Below, piece after piece: positions 48,640 to 58,392 of a stretch of DNA of 64,000 bases; positions within the stretch are counted from its first letter, which is position 1, and the number at the start of each line of letters is the position of its first letter. Below the pieces are notes generated by a model. The model was not told the DNA's origin, made no database searches, and saw nothing but the letters and a program-made list of their open reading frames with translations. The position numbers and the translations under genes were made by a program. This DNA is from a bacterium (lineage in GTDB: Bacteria; Zhuqueibacterota; Zhuqueibacteria; Oceanimicrobiales; Oceanimicrobiaceae), in the NCBI GenBank assembly GCA_037446635.1, contig JBBIIG010000004.1:100859-164858 (forward strand). The letters are read 5' to 3'.

Positions 48640-48770
48640 AGGTGGAGTATTGGAGTATTGGAGTATTGGAGTATTGGAGTATTGGAGTATTGGATCAATG
48701 TCAAACTTCATCCATTATCTCATTGATCCATTCATCCATCAATCCAGTACTCCATTACTCCAGCACTCCA
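48640..48770. repeat. Family A composite repeat: 5x tandem tattggag octamers, then 8x TCCA-core octamers
   Basis: ggtggag tattggag x4 tattggat caatg ... tcatccat tatctcat tgatccat tcatccat caatccag tactccat tactccag cactccac; sits in the glnK-glnA spacer. Confidence 0.6.
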
Positions 48771-48775
48771 CGCCT

Positions 48776-49117
48776 TCAGCCGATGGCCTGTCCTCCGCGC
48801 TCGCCGGTGCGAATGCGAATGCACTCGTCTAAATTGGTGACGAAGATTTTGCCGTCGCCGACGTTATTGGTGCGCGCGCCTTTAATGATGGCCGCAATGG
48901 TGGGCTCGACGAAATCTTCATTCACTGCAATTTCCAAGCGGATTTTCTTCAGTAACGAGACTTCGTGCACCACGCCGCGGTAGGTTTCGGTGTAACGCTT
49001 TTCTTCGCCGCAGCCCAGCACATTGGAAACGGTGATTTTGTAAACCTGCGCATCGAACAGCGCTTTCTTCACCGCCGGCAGTTGGTGCGGTTGGATGATG
49101 GCTACGATCAATTTCAT
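48776..49117 (-). CDS. glnK: P-II family nitrogen regulatory protein
   Basis: The start [20 protein letters not shown] gives a 113-aa protein; T-loop region RYRGVVHE-like (YTETYRGVV). Confidence 0.88.
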   Translation of the reverse strand: MKLIVAIIQPHQLPAVKKALFDAQVYKITVSNVLGCGEEKRYTETYRGVVHEVSLLKKIRLEIAVNEDFVEPTIAAIIKGARTNNVGDGKIFVTNLDECIRIRTGERGGQAIG

Positions 49118-49211
49118 ATTTCTTTTTCCATTTAGTTTGAAGACCCGAGTTTTCGAAAACGATTTTGATGATTGAAATTTCAATCATCGATCATCAATTT
49201 TCTATTTAAAA

Positions 49212-50525
49212 TCATTCCGTCAAAAATATTTGGAACCCGCTGTACGATTCCATGCCGTGCTCGCCGATGTCCAGACCGCGCAGCTCTTCTTCCTCGCTGA
49301 CCCGCAGCCCCACCAGCGCATCGATGGTTTTGAACACCAGCCACATCGAGGCTATCACAAAGGCCACGACGGTGAAGGTTCCCAGCGCCTGCACCCCAAG
49401 CTGAAGCAACCCGCCGCCGTAGAATAAGCCGTCCTTCGGGGCGCCCAAAGCCGCCTGTCCGAAAAAGCCAACCGCCAGCGTCCCCCACACGCCGTTAAAG
49501 CCGTGCACGGGAACCGCGCCCACCGGGTCGTCAATGCGCAGTCGATCCAGCAAACGCACCGCGAAGACACACAAGATGCCGCCGATAGCGCCAATGTAGA
49601 TAGCGGAGCCGGGCGTAACCACCGCACAGGGCGCGGTGATAGCCACCAATCCGGCCAGCGCTCCGTTCAGGGTTAAGGCGAGATCCGGCTTGCCAAATTT
49701 TCCCCAGGCCGTAAACATGGCGGCGATGGCGCCGGCCGCGGCCGCCAGATTCGTATTGATGACAATTCGCGATACCATCTCGATGTCGCTCAAGCCCAGC
49801 GCCGAACCGGGATTAAATCCAAACCAGCCGAACCAGAGAATAAATACGCCTAACGAAACCAGCGGCATGTTGTGTCCGGCGATGAAATTCGGCGAGCCGT
49901 CCAGATTAAATTTACCGGTGCGCGGTTTTAACAAAATCGTGCCCACCAGCGCCGCAAAGCCGCCGGTGGCGTGCACCACCGTGGAGCCGGCAAAATCGTG
50001 AAAATTCAAGTTTGCCAACCAACCGCCGCCCCAGATCCAGTGGCCGATGAGGGGATAAATCAGCGCCGAGATGGCAAATGAATACATTAAGTAAGCAATA
50101 AATTTCATACGCTCGGCCATGCCGCCGGCAACGATGGTTGCGGCGGCTCCGCAAAACGCCGCCTGAAACATCCAGAAAGCGTACAGCGGCACATCGCTGG
50201 GCGATTCCGCGCCCATCAAAAACCAGCCCTTGCTGCCATATAAAGGATCCGTGCCGCCGAACATCAGCGCGTAGCCAAAAATGAAGAATCCCAGCGAGGC
50301 CATGCAAAAATCCATCATATTCTTCATCAAAATGTTGCCGGCATTTTTGGCGCGAATCAAACCCGCTTCCACCATGCCAAACCCCGCTTGCATGAAAAAA
50401 ACCAAAAACGCCGCCAGCAGCATCCAGAGAGTATCCAGCGCCAGGGCGCTGCTGGCGATATTTTCACCGGCAAAAGCCGGTGCGACCGAAAGCAAAATAA
50501 GCAAAGCAAAAGTCAACCGTCTCAT
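49212..50525 (-). CDS. amtB: Ammonium transporter
   Basis: The start MRRLTFALLILLS (signal) gives ~437 aa; 11 TM Amt family; adjacent to glnK. Confidence 0.88.
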   Translation of the reverse strand: MRRLTFALLILLSVAPAFAGENIASSALALDTLWMLLAAFLVFFMQAGFGMVEAGLIRAKNAGNILMKNMMDFCMASLGFFIFGYALMFGGTDPLYGSKGWFLMGAESPSDVPLYAFWMFQAAFCGAAATIVAGGMAERMKFIAYLMYSFAISALIYPLIGHWIWGGGWLANLNFHDFAGSTVVHATGGFAALVGTILLKPRTGKFNLDGSPNFIAGHNMPLVSLGVFILWFGWFGFNPGSALGLSDIEMVSRIVINTNLAAAAGAIAAMFTAWGKFGKPDLALTLNGALAGLVAITAPCAVVTPGSAIYIGAIGGILCVFAVRLLDRLRIDDPVGAVPVHGFNGVWGTLAVGFFGQAALGAPKDGLFYGGGLLQLGVQALGTFTVVAFVIASMWLVFKTIDALVGLRVSEEEELRGLDIGEHGMESYSGFQIFLTE

Positions 50526-50553
50526 AGTTTTCCTTTTATAAAAATATCGGGCA

Positions 50554-50582
50554 ATTATATAAATTATTAAGAAAAAAGTCAA
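50554..50582 (-). promoter_or_regulatory. Candidate sigma-70 promoter for amt-glnK-glnA
   Basis: The minus strand reads TTGACT-N18-TATAAT about 25-30 nt upstream of the amt start. The region is AT-rich, so a chance match is possible. Confidence 0.35.
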
Positions 50583-50752
50583 GAATTAACTTATTTTTTT
50601 AAATAAATTAGCGCAATCATATTAATAATTAAAATCCTCAAAGCAATTATACGTGCAAAAAACATCCGCGCGTAAAATGCAATGCTGGCGGGAACAAAAA
50701 GGGAGTTGACTTTGTTTGGAATTTTGATTAACCAAATTAAAGGAGGTAAGCG

Positions 50753-51355
50753 ATGCGTTTAATCAAGATCTCATTCGTTACTATTTTGAGTCTGGTCGTA
50801 TCGGCTCTTGCGTTCGGAGCGGATAAATACCAGATCGATGTGCCCCATTCCTCGGTGGGATTCTCGGTGAAGTATTTGCTCGTCACCAACGTCAAAGGCG
50901 AATTTGGTAACTTTTCCGGCACCATTCTGTATGACGACAAAGATATCACCAAATCCTCTGTTGACGTAACCATCAAAGCCGCCAGCATCAATACCCACGA
51001 CGAAAAGCGCCACAATCATCTGCGCAGCGCTGATTTTTTTGATGTGGAAAATCATCCCGAAATTACTTTCAAAAGCAAACAGGTTACGACAGACGGCGAC
51101 AACTACACCCTCGTTGGCGATCTCACCATTCGCGGCGTAACCAAAGAAGTGTCATTGCCCTTCACTTTGACCGGACCAATCAAAGACCCCTGGGGCAACA
51201 ATCGCCTGGCGGCCCAGGCGAGCCTGGTGATCAATCGTCAGGATTTTGGAGTGGCCTGGAATAAAGCTCTCGACGCCGGCGGCTTCTTGGTGGGCGACGA
51301 CGTCACCATCAACCTCGAGGTGCAGGCCATCCAGGCAAAAGAAGGTACGAACTAA
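50753..51355 (+). CDS. YceI family periplasmic protein
   Basis: 200 aa with signal peptide; YQIDVPHSSVGFSVKYLLVTNVKGEF ... HLRSADFFDVENHPEITF. Confidence 0.8.
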   Translation: MRLIKISFVTILSLVVSALAFGADKYQIDVPHSSVGFSVKYLLVTNVKGEFGNFSGTILYDDKDITKSSVDVTIKAASINTHDEKRHNHLRSADFFDVENHPEITFKSKQVTTDGDNYTLVGDLTIRGVTKEVSLPFTLTGPIKDPWGNNRLAAQASLVINRQDFGVAWNKALDAGGFLVGDDVTINLEVQAIQAKEGTN

Positions 51356-51380
51356 TATCTGAGCGGCAGAAAAAGCCCTT

Positions 51381-51415
51381 GCAACTTTGTAAAAGGCGGA
51401 GTCATTCTCCGCCTT
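51381..51415 (+). terminator. Rho-independent terminator
   Basis: aaaaggcggag-tcatt-ctccgcc followed by tttttt. Confidence 0.7.
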
Positions 51416-51478
51416 TTTTGTTTTGATTTTTTATTCCTTTTCCCCTAAATTTCCACAACCAAAAAACTGGAGGAGGAC

Positions 51479-53671
51479 ATGAAGCTTCGCATCCAAACCT
51501 TTTTCATCGCACTCATCTTTGTCGCGCAGGCGTTTCCACAAACAGACAAAAAAAAATTTACCACTGCCGAAATTTTCAACTCAACCAAATTCCGCGACGA
51601 AACCCTCAGCGGCGTCCACTGGTCCAGCGCCAGCGACGGCTTCTATCATTATAGGGTTGACACGAGCGCCGGCGTCACCAATTTCCTGAAATACGATTTG
51701 AAAACCGGCGCGGAAAAACTCGTTGCCAAAGTTAATCTGCTATTAAGAAACCACCCGCAAGAAGTAAAAAAATACGAGCACCACGTCTGGTCGTCCGACG
51801 AGCAGATGATACTTTTTACCGGCACGCTGCCCGCCCGCCGCGCCAAAACCGGCGGCAATTTTTCACTATTTGATCTTCGAAATAACAAACTGCGCGATCT
51901 CACCAACACGGACAAAAGTCAGGTCAATGTGCAGTTTTCGCCGGATGGCAAATCCATCGCGTTTGTGCGCGAAAATAATTTGATGCTGATGGACTTGAGC
52001 AGCGGCCAGGAAAAGCAGCTTACGTTTGACGGCCAGGATCACGTTCTCAACGGCCACTTCGATTGGGTGTATGAAGAAGAATTCAGTATCATCGAGGGGT
52101 GGCAGTGGTCGCCGGACGGAACGCACATCGCTTACTGGCAATTGGATGAGCGCCGGGTTCCCGAATTCAACATTGCACTCTACGATTCCCTTCATCTCAA
52201 TTGGAATCGCATGCGCTACCCCAAAGCCGGCGATCCCAACTCCATCGTGAAAATTGGCGTCGTGAACGTCAACACTGCGCAAAATGTTTGGATGGACATT
52301 GGACCAGAAGATGAAATTTATCTTCCGCGCATCACTTGGCTTCCTAAAGGAAACAAGCTGGCGATTCAGCGCATGAATCGGCTGCAGAACAAAAACGAGC
52401 TGTTGATTGCCGATGTGGCCACCGGCAAGACTTTGGTTATCTTAACGGAAACCGACGAGCGCTGGGTTGAGGTTCACAATGATTGGCATTTTCTGAGTAA
52501 GTCAGATCGCTTTCTGTGGGCCTCCGAACGCGACGGTTACAACCATATTTACCTCTTCGGTCTCGATGGCAAAATGCTCCGCCAACTCACTAAAGGCGCC
52601 TGGGACGTCGTGGAGATCACCGCGGTCGATGAAGCCGGCCAGCGCGTGTATTTCATGGCCAGCGAAGTCTCGCCGCTGGAGAACCATCTCTATTCTGTCG
52701 ATTTCAATGGTAAAAATTTTAAGCGCATCACCCAGATTCCCGGCTGGCACGAGATTGAGTTTTCGCCCGACTTTAAACACTACCTCGACACCTATTCACA
52801 AATCAATTCGCCCTCTAAAATTGGTTTGTTTACTCAGCGCGGCGAGCTGATAAAAGTCATCGTGGAAAACAAGCAAGAGGCGCTCAACGAATACCGCTTG
52901 AGCAGTTATGAATTTTTTAATTTCACCACCTCCGATGGCGTTCAACTCAACGGCTACCTGCTCAAGCCGCCCGATTTCGAACCCAATAAAAAATATCCGG
53001 TGCTGATGTACGTGTACGGCGGGCCCGGTTCGCAAACGGTGCAGAACCGCTGGGGCGGCCGGCGCGGGCTGTGGTTCCAAATGCTGGCCCAGCACGGATA
53101 CATCGTGGCCAGCGTGGACAACCGCGGCACCGGCGCCCGCGGCGCGGATTTCAAAAGAGTGACCTACAAAAAGTTAGGCCAGTGGGAAGTTCACGATCAA
53201 ATCGAAGCGGCGAAATATTTGGGATCACTCTCTTTTGTTGATGAAAATCGCATCGGTATTTTCGGGTGGAGTTACGGCGGCTTCATGGCGGCGCTGTGTT
53301 TGTTCAAAGGCAACGACGTCTTCAAATCGGCAATTTCGGTGGCGCCCGTCACCCACTGGAAATTTTACGACTCCATTTACACCGAGCGCTACATGCAAAC
53401 GCCGCAGCTCAATTCCGAAGGTTACAATTCCACTGGCCCCATCCACTTTGCCAAAGAGATGAAAGGAAATCTCCTGCTGATTCACGGCACCGCCGACGAT
53501 AACGTCCATTTTCAAAACTCGGTGGCGCTGGTGGACGAATTGATCAAACACAACAAACAATTTCAAACCATGTTCTACCCCGGACGCTATCACGGCATCC
53601 GCGAAGGGGCGAGGAATACTCAGGAACATGTTTACACTTTAATGACGAATTTCCTGCTTGAAAAATTATAG
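51479..53671 (+). CDS. S9B family dipeptidyl-peptidase IV-like serine peptidase
   Basis: 730 aa; signal peptide; N-terminal DPP-IV beta-propeller; C-terminal alpha/beta hydrolase with GWSYGG nucleophile, Asp, and His (GTADDNV...H). Confidence 0.85.
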   Translation: MKLRIQTFFIALIFVAQAFPQTDKKKFTTAEIFNSTKFRDETLSGVHWSSASDGFYHYRVDTSAGVTNFLKYDLKTGAEKLVAKVNLLLRNHPQEVKKYEHHVWSSDEQMILFTGTLPARRAKTGGNFSLFDLRNNKLRDLTNTDKSQVNVQFSPDGKSIAFVRENNLMLMDLSSGQEKQLTFDGQDHVLNGHFDWVYEEEFSIIEGWQWSPDGTHIAYWQLDERRVPEFNIALYDSLHLNWNRMRYPKAGDPNSIVKIGVVNVNTAQNVWMDIGPEDEIYLPRITWLPKGNKLAIQRMNRLQNKNELLIADVATGKTLVILTETDERWVEVHNDWHFLSKSDRFLWASERDGYNHIYLFGLDGKMLRQLTKGAWDVVEITAVDEAGQRVYFMASEVSPLENHLYSVDFNGKNFKRITQIPGWHEIEFSPDFKHYLDTYSQINSPSKIGLFTQRGELIKVIVENKQEALNEYRLSSYEFFNFTTSDGVQLNGYLLKPPDFEPNKKYPVLMYVYGGPGSQTVQNRWGGRRGLWFQMLAQHGYIVASVDNRGTGARGADFKRVTYKKLGQWEVHDQIEAAKYLGSLSFVDENRIGIFGWSYGGFMAALCLFKGNDVFKSAISVAPVTHWKFYDSIYTERYMQTPQLNSEGYNSTGPIHFAKEMKGNLLLIHGTADDNVHFQNSVALVDELIKHNKQFQTMFYPGRYHGIREGARNTQEHVYTLMTNFLLEKL

Positions 53672-53799
53672 ATTTACTCCACTCACCGATAATAATCCGG
53701 CATTCGCCGATTCGTGATGTCCTTTGAGCCGGGCGCGCCGTATTTTTGCGTGGAACCGAACGAGAAATTGTTTCCAAAAATTGTTTTGAAGGAGAAATC

Positions 53800-54510
53800 A
53801 TGCAAAGCAGACGAGCCGTAAGCGGGCCCAATTTCTGGGTGGCAATTATTTTGATTGCCGTGGGCGTGCTGTTTTTGCTGGACAACCTGAGTCTGATTGA
53901 TATCGGTAATATCTGGGACTACTGGCCGGTGATCTTTATTGCAAGTGGCGTGATCCGGCTCACCAGTTCCAGTCACCGTGAGCGCAGCTCCGCGATTTTT
54001 CTGATTGCGTTCGGCGTGATATTCTTGTTACTTAATCTGGATTATTTGCGCTGGCGCACCGTCTTCCAATTCTGGCCAGTGATTTTAATAGTCATCGGCA
54101 TTTCCATCATTTATGGACGATACCGCCGCGGCTCCGGCGCAGCCGAAATGGAAGAAGCGATTTCGGACGACCACGTTGACGCCGTCGCCATTTTCGGCGG
54201 CAACGAACGGGTGGTCACCTCCCAGAATTTTAAAGGCGGCAACGCCACCGCCATTTTCGGCGGCACCAAACTACATTTCGGCCGCGCAAAATTATCGGCG
54301 AGTGAAAATGTTCTGGATGTCTTCACCATGTTCGGCGGGACAGAACTTCACGTGCCCGACGACTGGAACGTGATTATAAAATGCGTTCCCATCTTCGGCG
54401 GCTGTGAGGATTCCCGCCGTAAACTGAACGAAGAAGAAACCACCAAAAACAAAACCCTGGTCATAAAGGGACTCGTGCTCTTCGGCGGCATTCATATCAA
54501 AAGCGCATAA
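53800..54510 (+). CDS. LiaF-like membrane protein (DUF2154-type C-terminal domain)
   Basis: The start MQSRRAVSGPNFWVAIILIAVGVLFLL; 4 TM; a C-terminal repetitive beta-rich domain with repeated (A/T)IFGG motifs. Confidence 0.5.
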   Translation: MQSRRAVSGPNFWVAIILIAVGVLFLLDNLSLIDIGNIWDYWPVIFIASGVIRLTSSSHRERSSAIFLIAFGVIFLLLNLDYLRWRTVFQFWPVILIVIGISIIYGRYRRGSGAAEMEEAISDDHVDAVAIFGGNERVVTSQNFKGGNATAIFGGTKLHFGRAKLSASENVLDVFTMFGGTELHVPDDWNVIIKCVPIFGGCEDSRRKLNEEETTKNKTLVIKGLVLFGGIHIKSA

Positions 54511-54570
54511 ATAAATAATCTCCGGGGTTTTTGAAACCCCGGAGATTTCAAAACACCATCTCAGCCTAAA

Positions 54571-55650
54571 ATGGAATCCACCCTCTCCAATCCCATTTTA
54601 AAAAGAAAAGCCGGGCTCTACTATTACGCCGCAGCCTGGACGATTCTCTCTGTTGTGCATGTTTATGTGCTGCGGCATCTGCACGAGCTGGCGCTGCCCT
54701 GGCCGGCCATCATCGCCGACGGCCTGGTGTTCAATTCCATCTTTGCGGCGCTGGGTTTAAGCTTGTGGTACTCGTGCAAATTTCTTTCGCTGGAAAAGTC
54801 CAGCGCGCTGCGCGTGATATTAAGCCACGCCGTCGGCGCGATGCTCGACTCCGCGCTCTGGGTGGGCGCCGCTTATTTGATTTTGAAGAATATCGATTTC
54901 AACCATCCCGGCTATCACAATTTTCTTTATAATTCGCTGGCGGTTCGTTGGACCTTGGGCATCGTGCTCTATTTCGCCTTCGTGACTTTTTTCTATTTTT
55001 TGATCTATTACAACAGTTTTCAGGAAAAACGAATTCAGGAAGCGGAGCTGCAATCGCTGGTGAAAGAAGCTGAGCTGCGCACGTTGAAATTTCAAATCAA
55101 TCCCCATTTCATTTTTAATAGTCTGAATTCCATCAACTCGCTCACCATCAGCGACCCGGCCAAAGCCGGCGACATGACGATCAAGCTGGCGAATTATCTG
55201 CGCTACACCCTTTCAAAAAACGAACACCAGAAGAGCACCCTCAAAGAGGAAATCGATTCCGCCAAACTTTATCTCGATATCGAAAAAGTTCGCTTCGGCG
55301 ATAAATTTGAATTAGTTGAAGAAATCGAACCGGCCTGTCTGTCGGCGCCGGTGCCCAACATGCTGCTGCAGCCGCTGTTCGAGAACGCCATCAAACACGG
55401 AGTTTATGAAAGTTTGCAGACCGTGCACATCAAACTTGCGTGTAAACAACGCGGCGGATTTCTCCAACTCATGGTCGAGAATGATTTTGATCCCGAAGCC
55501 GCGCCCCGAAAGGGCCCGGGCATCGGATTGAGCAACATTAAAAATCGACTGCAGATGACCTATAATCAGGACAATTTGATGCAAATCGAACGCAACGGAA
55601 ACCTTTTTCGGGTGACCGTTTTAATTCCAGACGACGCGAGGCAGGCATGA
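54571..55650 (+). CDS. LytS/YehU-family sensor histidine kinase (5TM + His_kinase + HATPase)
   Basis: 359 aa; polytopic N-terminus; H-box region QINPHFIFNSLNSINSL typical of the LytS family. Confidence 0.75.
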   Translation: MESTLSNPILKRKAGLYYYAAAWTILSVVHVYVLRHLHELALPWPAIIADGLVFNSIFAALGLSLWYSCKFLSLEKSSALRVILSHAVGAMLDSALWVGAAYLILKNIDFNHPGYHNFLYNSLAVRWTLGIVLYFAFVTFFYFLIYYNSFQEKRIQEAELQSLVKEAELRTLKFQINPHFIFNSLNSINSLTISDPAKAGDMTIKLANYLRYTLSKNEHQKSTLKEEIDSAKLYLDIEKVRFGDKFELVEEIEPACLSAPVPNMLLQPLFENAIKHGVYESLQTVHIKLACKQRGGFLQLMVENDFDPEAAPRKGPGIGLSNIKNRLQMTYNQDNLMQIERNGNLFRVTVLIPDDARQA

Positions 55651-56396
55651 ACAAAATCAAAACCATCATAATAGATGACGAAGCGCCGGCGCGCGCTCTC
55701 ATCAAAAACTACCTGGAAGATTTCGATGACATCGAAGTGGCGGCCGAAGCCAGCAACGGCTTTGATGGCATCAAAGCCATTCAGGAGCAGCAACCGGATT
55801 TGCTGTTTCTCGACATTCAGATGCCCAAGATCACCGGTTTCGAACTGCTCGAACTTTTAGATAATCCGCCGGTGATTGTTTTCAGCACGGCGTTCGATCA
55901 GTACGCCCTCAAAGCTTTCGAGAAGAGCGCCGCGGATTATTTGCTGAAACCCTATTCGCGCGAGCGCTTCCGCGAAGCGGTGAATCGGGCGCGGCTGTTT
56001 GTCAAAAACAAAAGCGGCGCTCGCGAAATTATCAAGGACATTGTCCAAAACCGCGACGCACAAAAAGAATTCCTGGAGCGGGTGGTGGTGAAAGAGGGCG
56101 CGCAGATTTTTGTGATTCCGGCAGATAAGCTGCAGTGGCTGGAGGCGCAGGACGATTACGTGATGCTGCATTTGAAAGACGGGCAGTTCCTTAAACAAAA
56201 GACGATGAAATATTTTGAAGAGCATCTCGACCCGAAGGATTTTGTGCGCATTCACCGGTCATACATCGTGCGCATCGCGATGCTCAAGCAAATCGAAATG
56301 TCAGGCAAAGAAAGCTACACGGTGGTTTTGAACACCGGACAGAGATTGCCGGTAAGCAAAAGCGGGCATGCGCGGCTGAAGGAGATGTTGCGGTGA
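55647..56396 (+). CDS. LytTR-family response regulator
   Basis: 249 aa; REC domain (IIDDE...LLFLDIQMP) plus a C-terminal LytTR DNA-binding domain; the start overlaps the kinase stop. Confidence 0.85.
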   Translation: MNKIKTIIIDDEAPARALIKNYLEDFDDIEVAAEASNGFDGIKAIQEQQPDLLFLDIQMPKITGFELLELLDNPPVIVFSTAFDQYALKAFEKSAADYLLKPYSRERFREAVNRARLFVKNKSGAREIIKDIVQNRDAQKEFLERVVVKEGAQIFVIPADKLQWLEAQDDYVMLHLKDGQFLKQKTMKYFEEHLDPKDFVRIHRSYIVRIAMLKQIEMSGKESYTVVLNTGQRLPVSKSGHARLKEMLR

Positions 56397-56472
56397 TTAT
56401 TTTCGGCAACCGAATTCTCTGCTTGCCTGAATTTGTTATTTTTTCTATTTTCCAAAAAATCTTTCACCAATA

Positions 56473-58392
56473 ATGGTAATTGAAACACAAGCTCGTGAAC
56501 ACGAGCAAATCTACTCAGATGAACATCGGAAGCTGCTTGGCACACACTACACTCCGGAGTCAGTGGTAAATTATATCGCCCGGAGAACCCTCGTACCATT
56601 ACTTGAAATCAGCGACTTTCCAAGTGAAATAAGAATATTAGATCCTGCTTGTGGCTCAGGACTTTTTTTGCTGAAGGCGTTTGATGTCGTAAGAGAATAT
56701 TTTCACAAAACAGTGGGGAGATTTTGCCAAGCAGATGCTCATCACATAATCAGCAACTGTCTTTTCGGTATTGATATTGACGAACGCGCCGTTGCAATCG
56801 CCAAAAAACATTTAATCGAAAAAGCGGGATTGGGCAATTCTGATATCCCCCTGCTTGACAAAAATATAATCGTGGCCGATGCGCTTGCATTAAAACCGCC
56901 TTCCAAACAACTAAGCCTTGACCAGCAAGACTCAGGAGATGTCTTTTCTCTTCAGCGATTCGCGGCCCATTCATTTGATTGCGTTATTGGCAATCCCCCG
57001 TATGTTAGGATTCAGAATACTCCTTTGATGAAACGCCGCTACTATTCTCGATCCTATTTGACTGCCTCTGGCCGCTTTGATATCTCAACGCTTTTTATAG
57101 AACTCGCTGAATACCTGCTCAAAGATCGCGGCCGGCTTGGTTTTATTATTTCCAACAAAATTTTGACTACCGCCGGCGCAACGCAAATTCGGTCGTTTTT
57201 GCGGGCAAATTTCTCTATCGAAGAGATTCTCAATTTAACCGACACCAAGCTGTTCGAAGCCGCTATCTTACCAATGATCCTGCTTGCCACGCGGACGAAG
57301 CAGAATGGCCATCATATTGCTTATACCTTAGTAACCGAATCACATCAGGAAGCAAAAAGTTCGATCCCCGCTAAAAATCTGCTCGGGCTTATCGACAACT
57401 CTCCAATCCCATTTGAAGCCAATGTTTCGGTTGAGAACAGGGTTTTCCAAATTCAACGGTTTTACACAAATCCGCCTTCAAGAGGCTCAAGAGTTTGGAC
57501 TTTTCACAACGAGCGGGAGAATCGCTTGCTCTCAAAAATTAGAAATTGCTCTGCTCAAACTCTCGGCCAAATTTCTGAGAAGATCAGCGTGGGGTTAAAA
57601 ACTACTGCCGATGGAATTTTCATCAAGCCAATGAAAAAGAGCTTTGTCGAAGAAAATGAATTTGAAGATGATCTAATTTTCCCTTTAATAGAAAGTGACA
57701 ATGTTGAACGGTGGAGAATTTGCTGGGAGCCGCAAAAAGATCTGTATGTGCTCTATCCTCACATCGAGAGTAATGGAAAAGTCGTCCCGGCCGATTTAAA
57801 CGCCCACCCCCGGATTAAACAGTATCTGGAAACCAATCGAGAAAAACTTGAATCTCGGACTTATCTTATTGAAAGCGGACGTCAATGGTATGAAATTTGG
57901 GTGCACCAGTCTCCAAGCGACTTTCGAAATATAAAAATCGTTACGCCAGATATTTCTTCGTCAAACCGATTTGCCATCGATGCCAGTGGCCAATTCGTAA
58001 ACGGGTCTTGTTTTTACATCATTCTAAAGGACAAATCCATCAGCAGATACTATTCAATCCTCGGTTTGCTCAATTCGAGCGTTATCGAATATTTTCATAA
58101 AATAACCAGCGGCAACTCCCTTTATGCTAAACGATTCCGCTATTGGACCACCTACATTGAAAGCTACCCGATTCCAAAGTGTCTGTTTACCTCCCCTGAA
58201 CTTCAATTATCGATCTCGAAAAATGTTGCTGAACTCATAAACGCTACAACCATAGCCCAGCGCGAGCAACTTGAAAGAAAGAATGACCTCCTATGTTATC
58301 AGCTCTTTGAGCTTACAAAATCGGAAATCAAAGATATTGAAAATACTCTCTCGGTCTATAAGATGAAACCACCCAAAAAGGTTGCTCGCTGA
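56473..58392 (+). CDS. Eco57I-family (gamma-class) N6-adenine DNA methyltransferase with a TaqI-like C-terminal target-recognition domain
   Basis: 639 aa; motif I ILDPACGSGLFL; motif IV FDCVIGNPPY; AT-rich (~40% GC) relative to the flanks. Confidence 0.75.
   Translation: MVIETQAREHEQIYSDEHRKLLGTHYTPESVVNYIARRTLVPLLEISDFPSEIRILDPACGSGLFLLKAFDVVREYFHKTVGRFCQADAHHIISNCLFGIDIDERAVAIAKKHLIEKAGLGNSDIPLLDKNIIVADALALKPPSKQLSLDQQDSGDVFSLQRFAAHSFDCVIGNPPYVRIQNTPLMKRRYYSRSYLTASGRFDISTLFIELAEYLLKDRGRLGFIISNKILTTAGATQIRSFLRANFSIEEILNLTDTKLFEAAILPMILLATRTKQNGHHIAYTLVTESHQEAKSSIPAKNLLGLIDNSPIPFEANVSVENRVFQIQRFYTNPPSRGSRVWTFHNERENRLLSKIRNCSAQTLGQISEKISVGLKTTADGIFIKPMKKSFVEENEFEDDLIFPLIESDNVERWRICWEPQKDLYVLYPHIESNGKVVPADLNAHPRIKQYLETNREKLESRTYLIESGRQWYEIWVHQSPSDFRNIKIVTPDISSSNRFAIDASGQFVNGSCFYIILKDKSISRYYSILGLLNSSVIEYFHKITSGNSLYAKRFRYWTTYIESYPIPKCLFTSPELQLSISKNVAELINATTIAQREQLERKNDLLCYQLFELTKSEIKDIENTLSVYKMKPPKKVAR

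Noticed and set aside
48640-48700. Tandem tattggag octamers considered as a possible CRISPR array
   Set aside because: Units are 8 bp with no spacers; the same motif recurs as palindromic partners elsewhere, which is not CRISPR architecture.
48586-48711. N-terminal 42-aa extension of the glnA ORF (MKFDIDPILQYSNTPILQYSNTP...), and similar extensions on dctM, amtB, glnK, hicB, vapB and nuoB
   Set aside because: The extensions translate intergenic repeat DNA or overlap upstream genes; conserved N-termini begin at internal Met codons.
50526-50752. Sigma54 promoter for the amt operon
   Set aside because: I searched both strands by eye for GG-N10-GC with a TGGCAC/TTGCA context and found none; only a sigma70-like match is reported, at low confidence.
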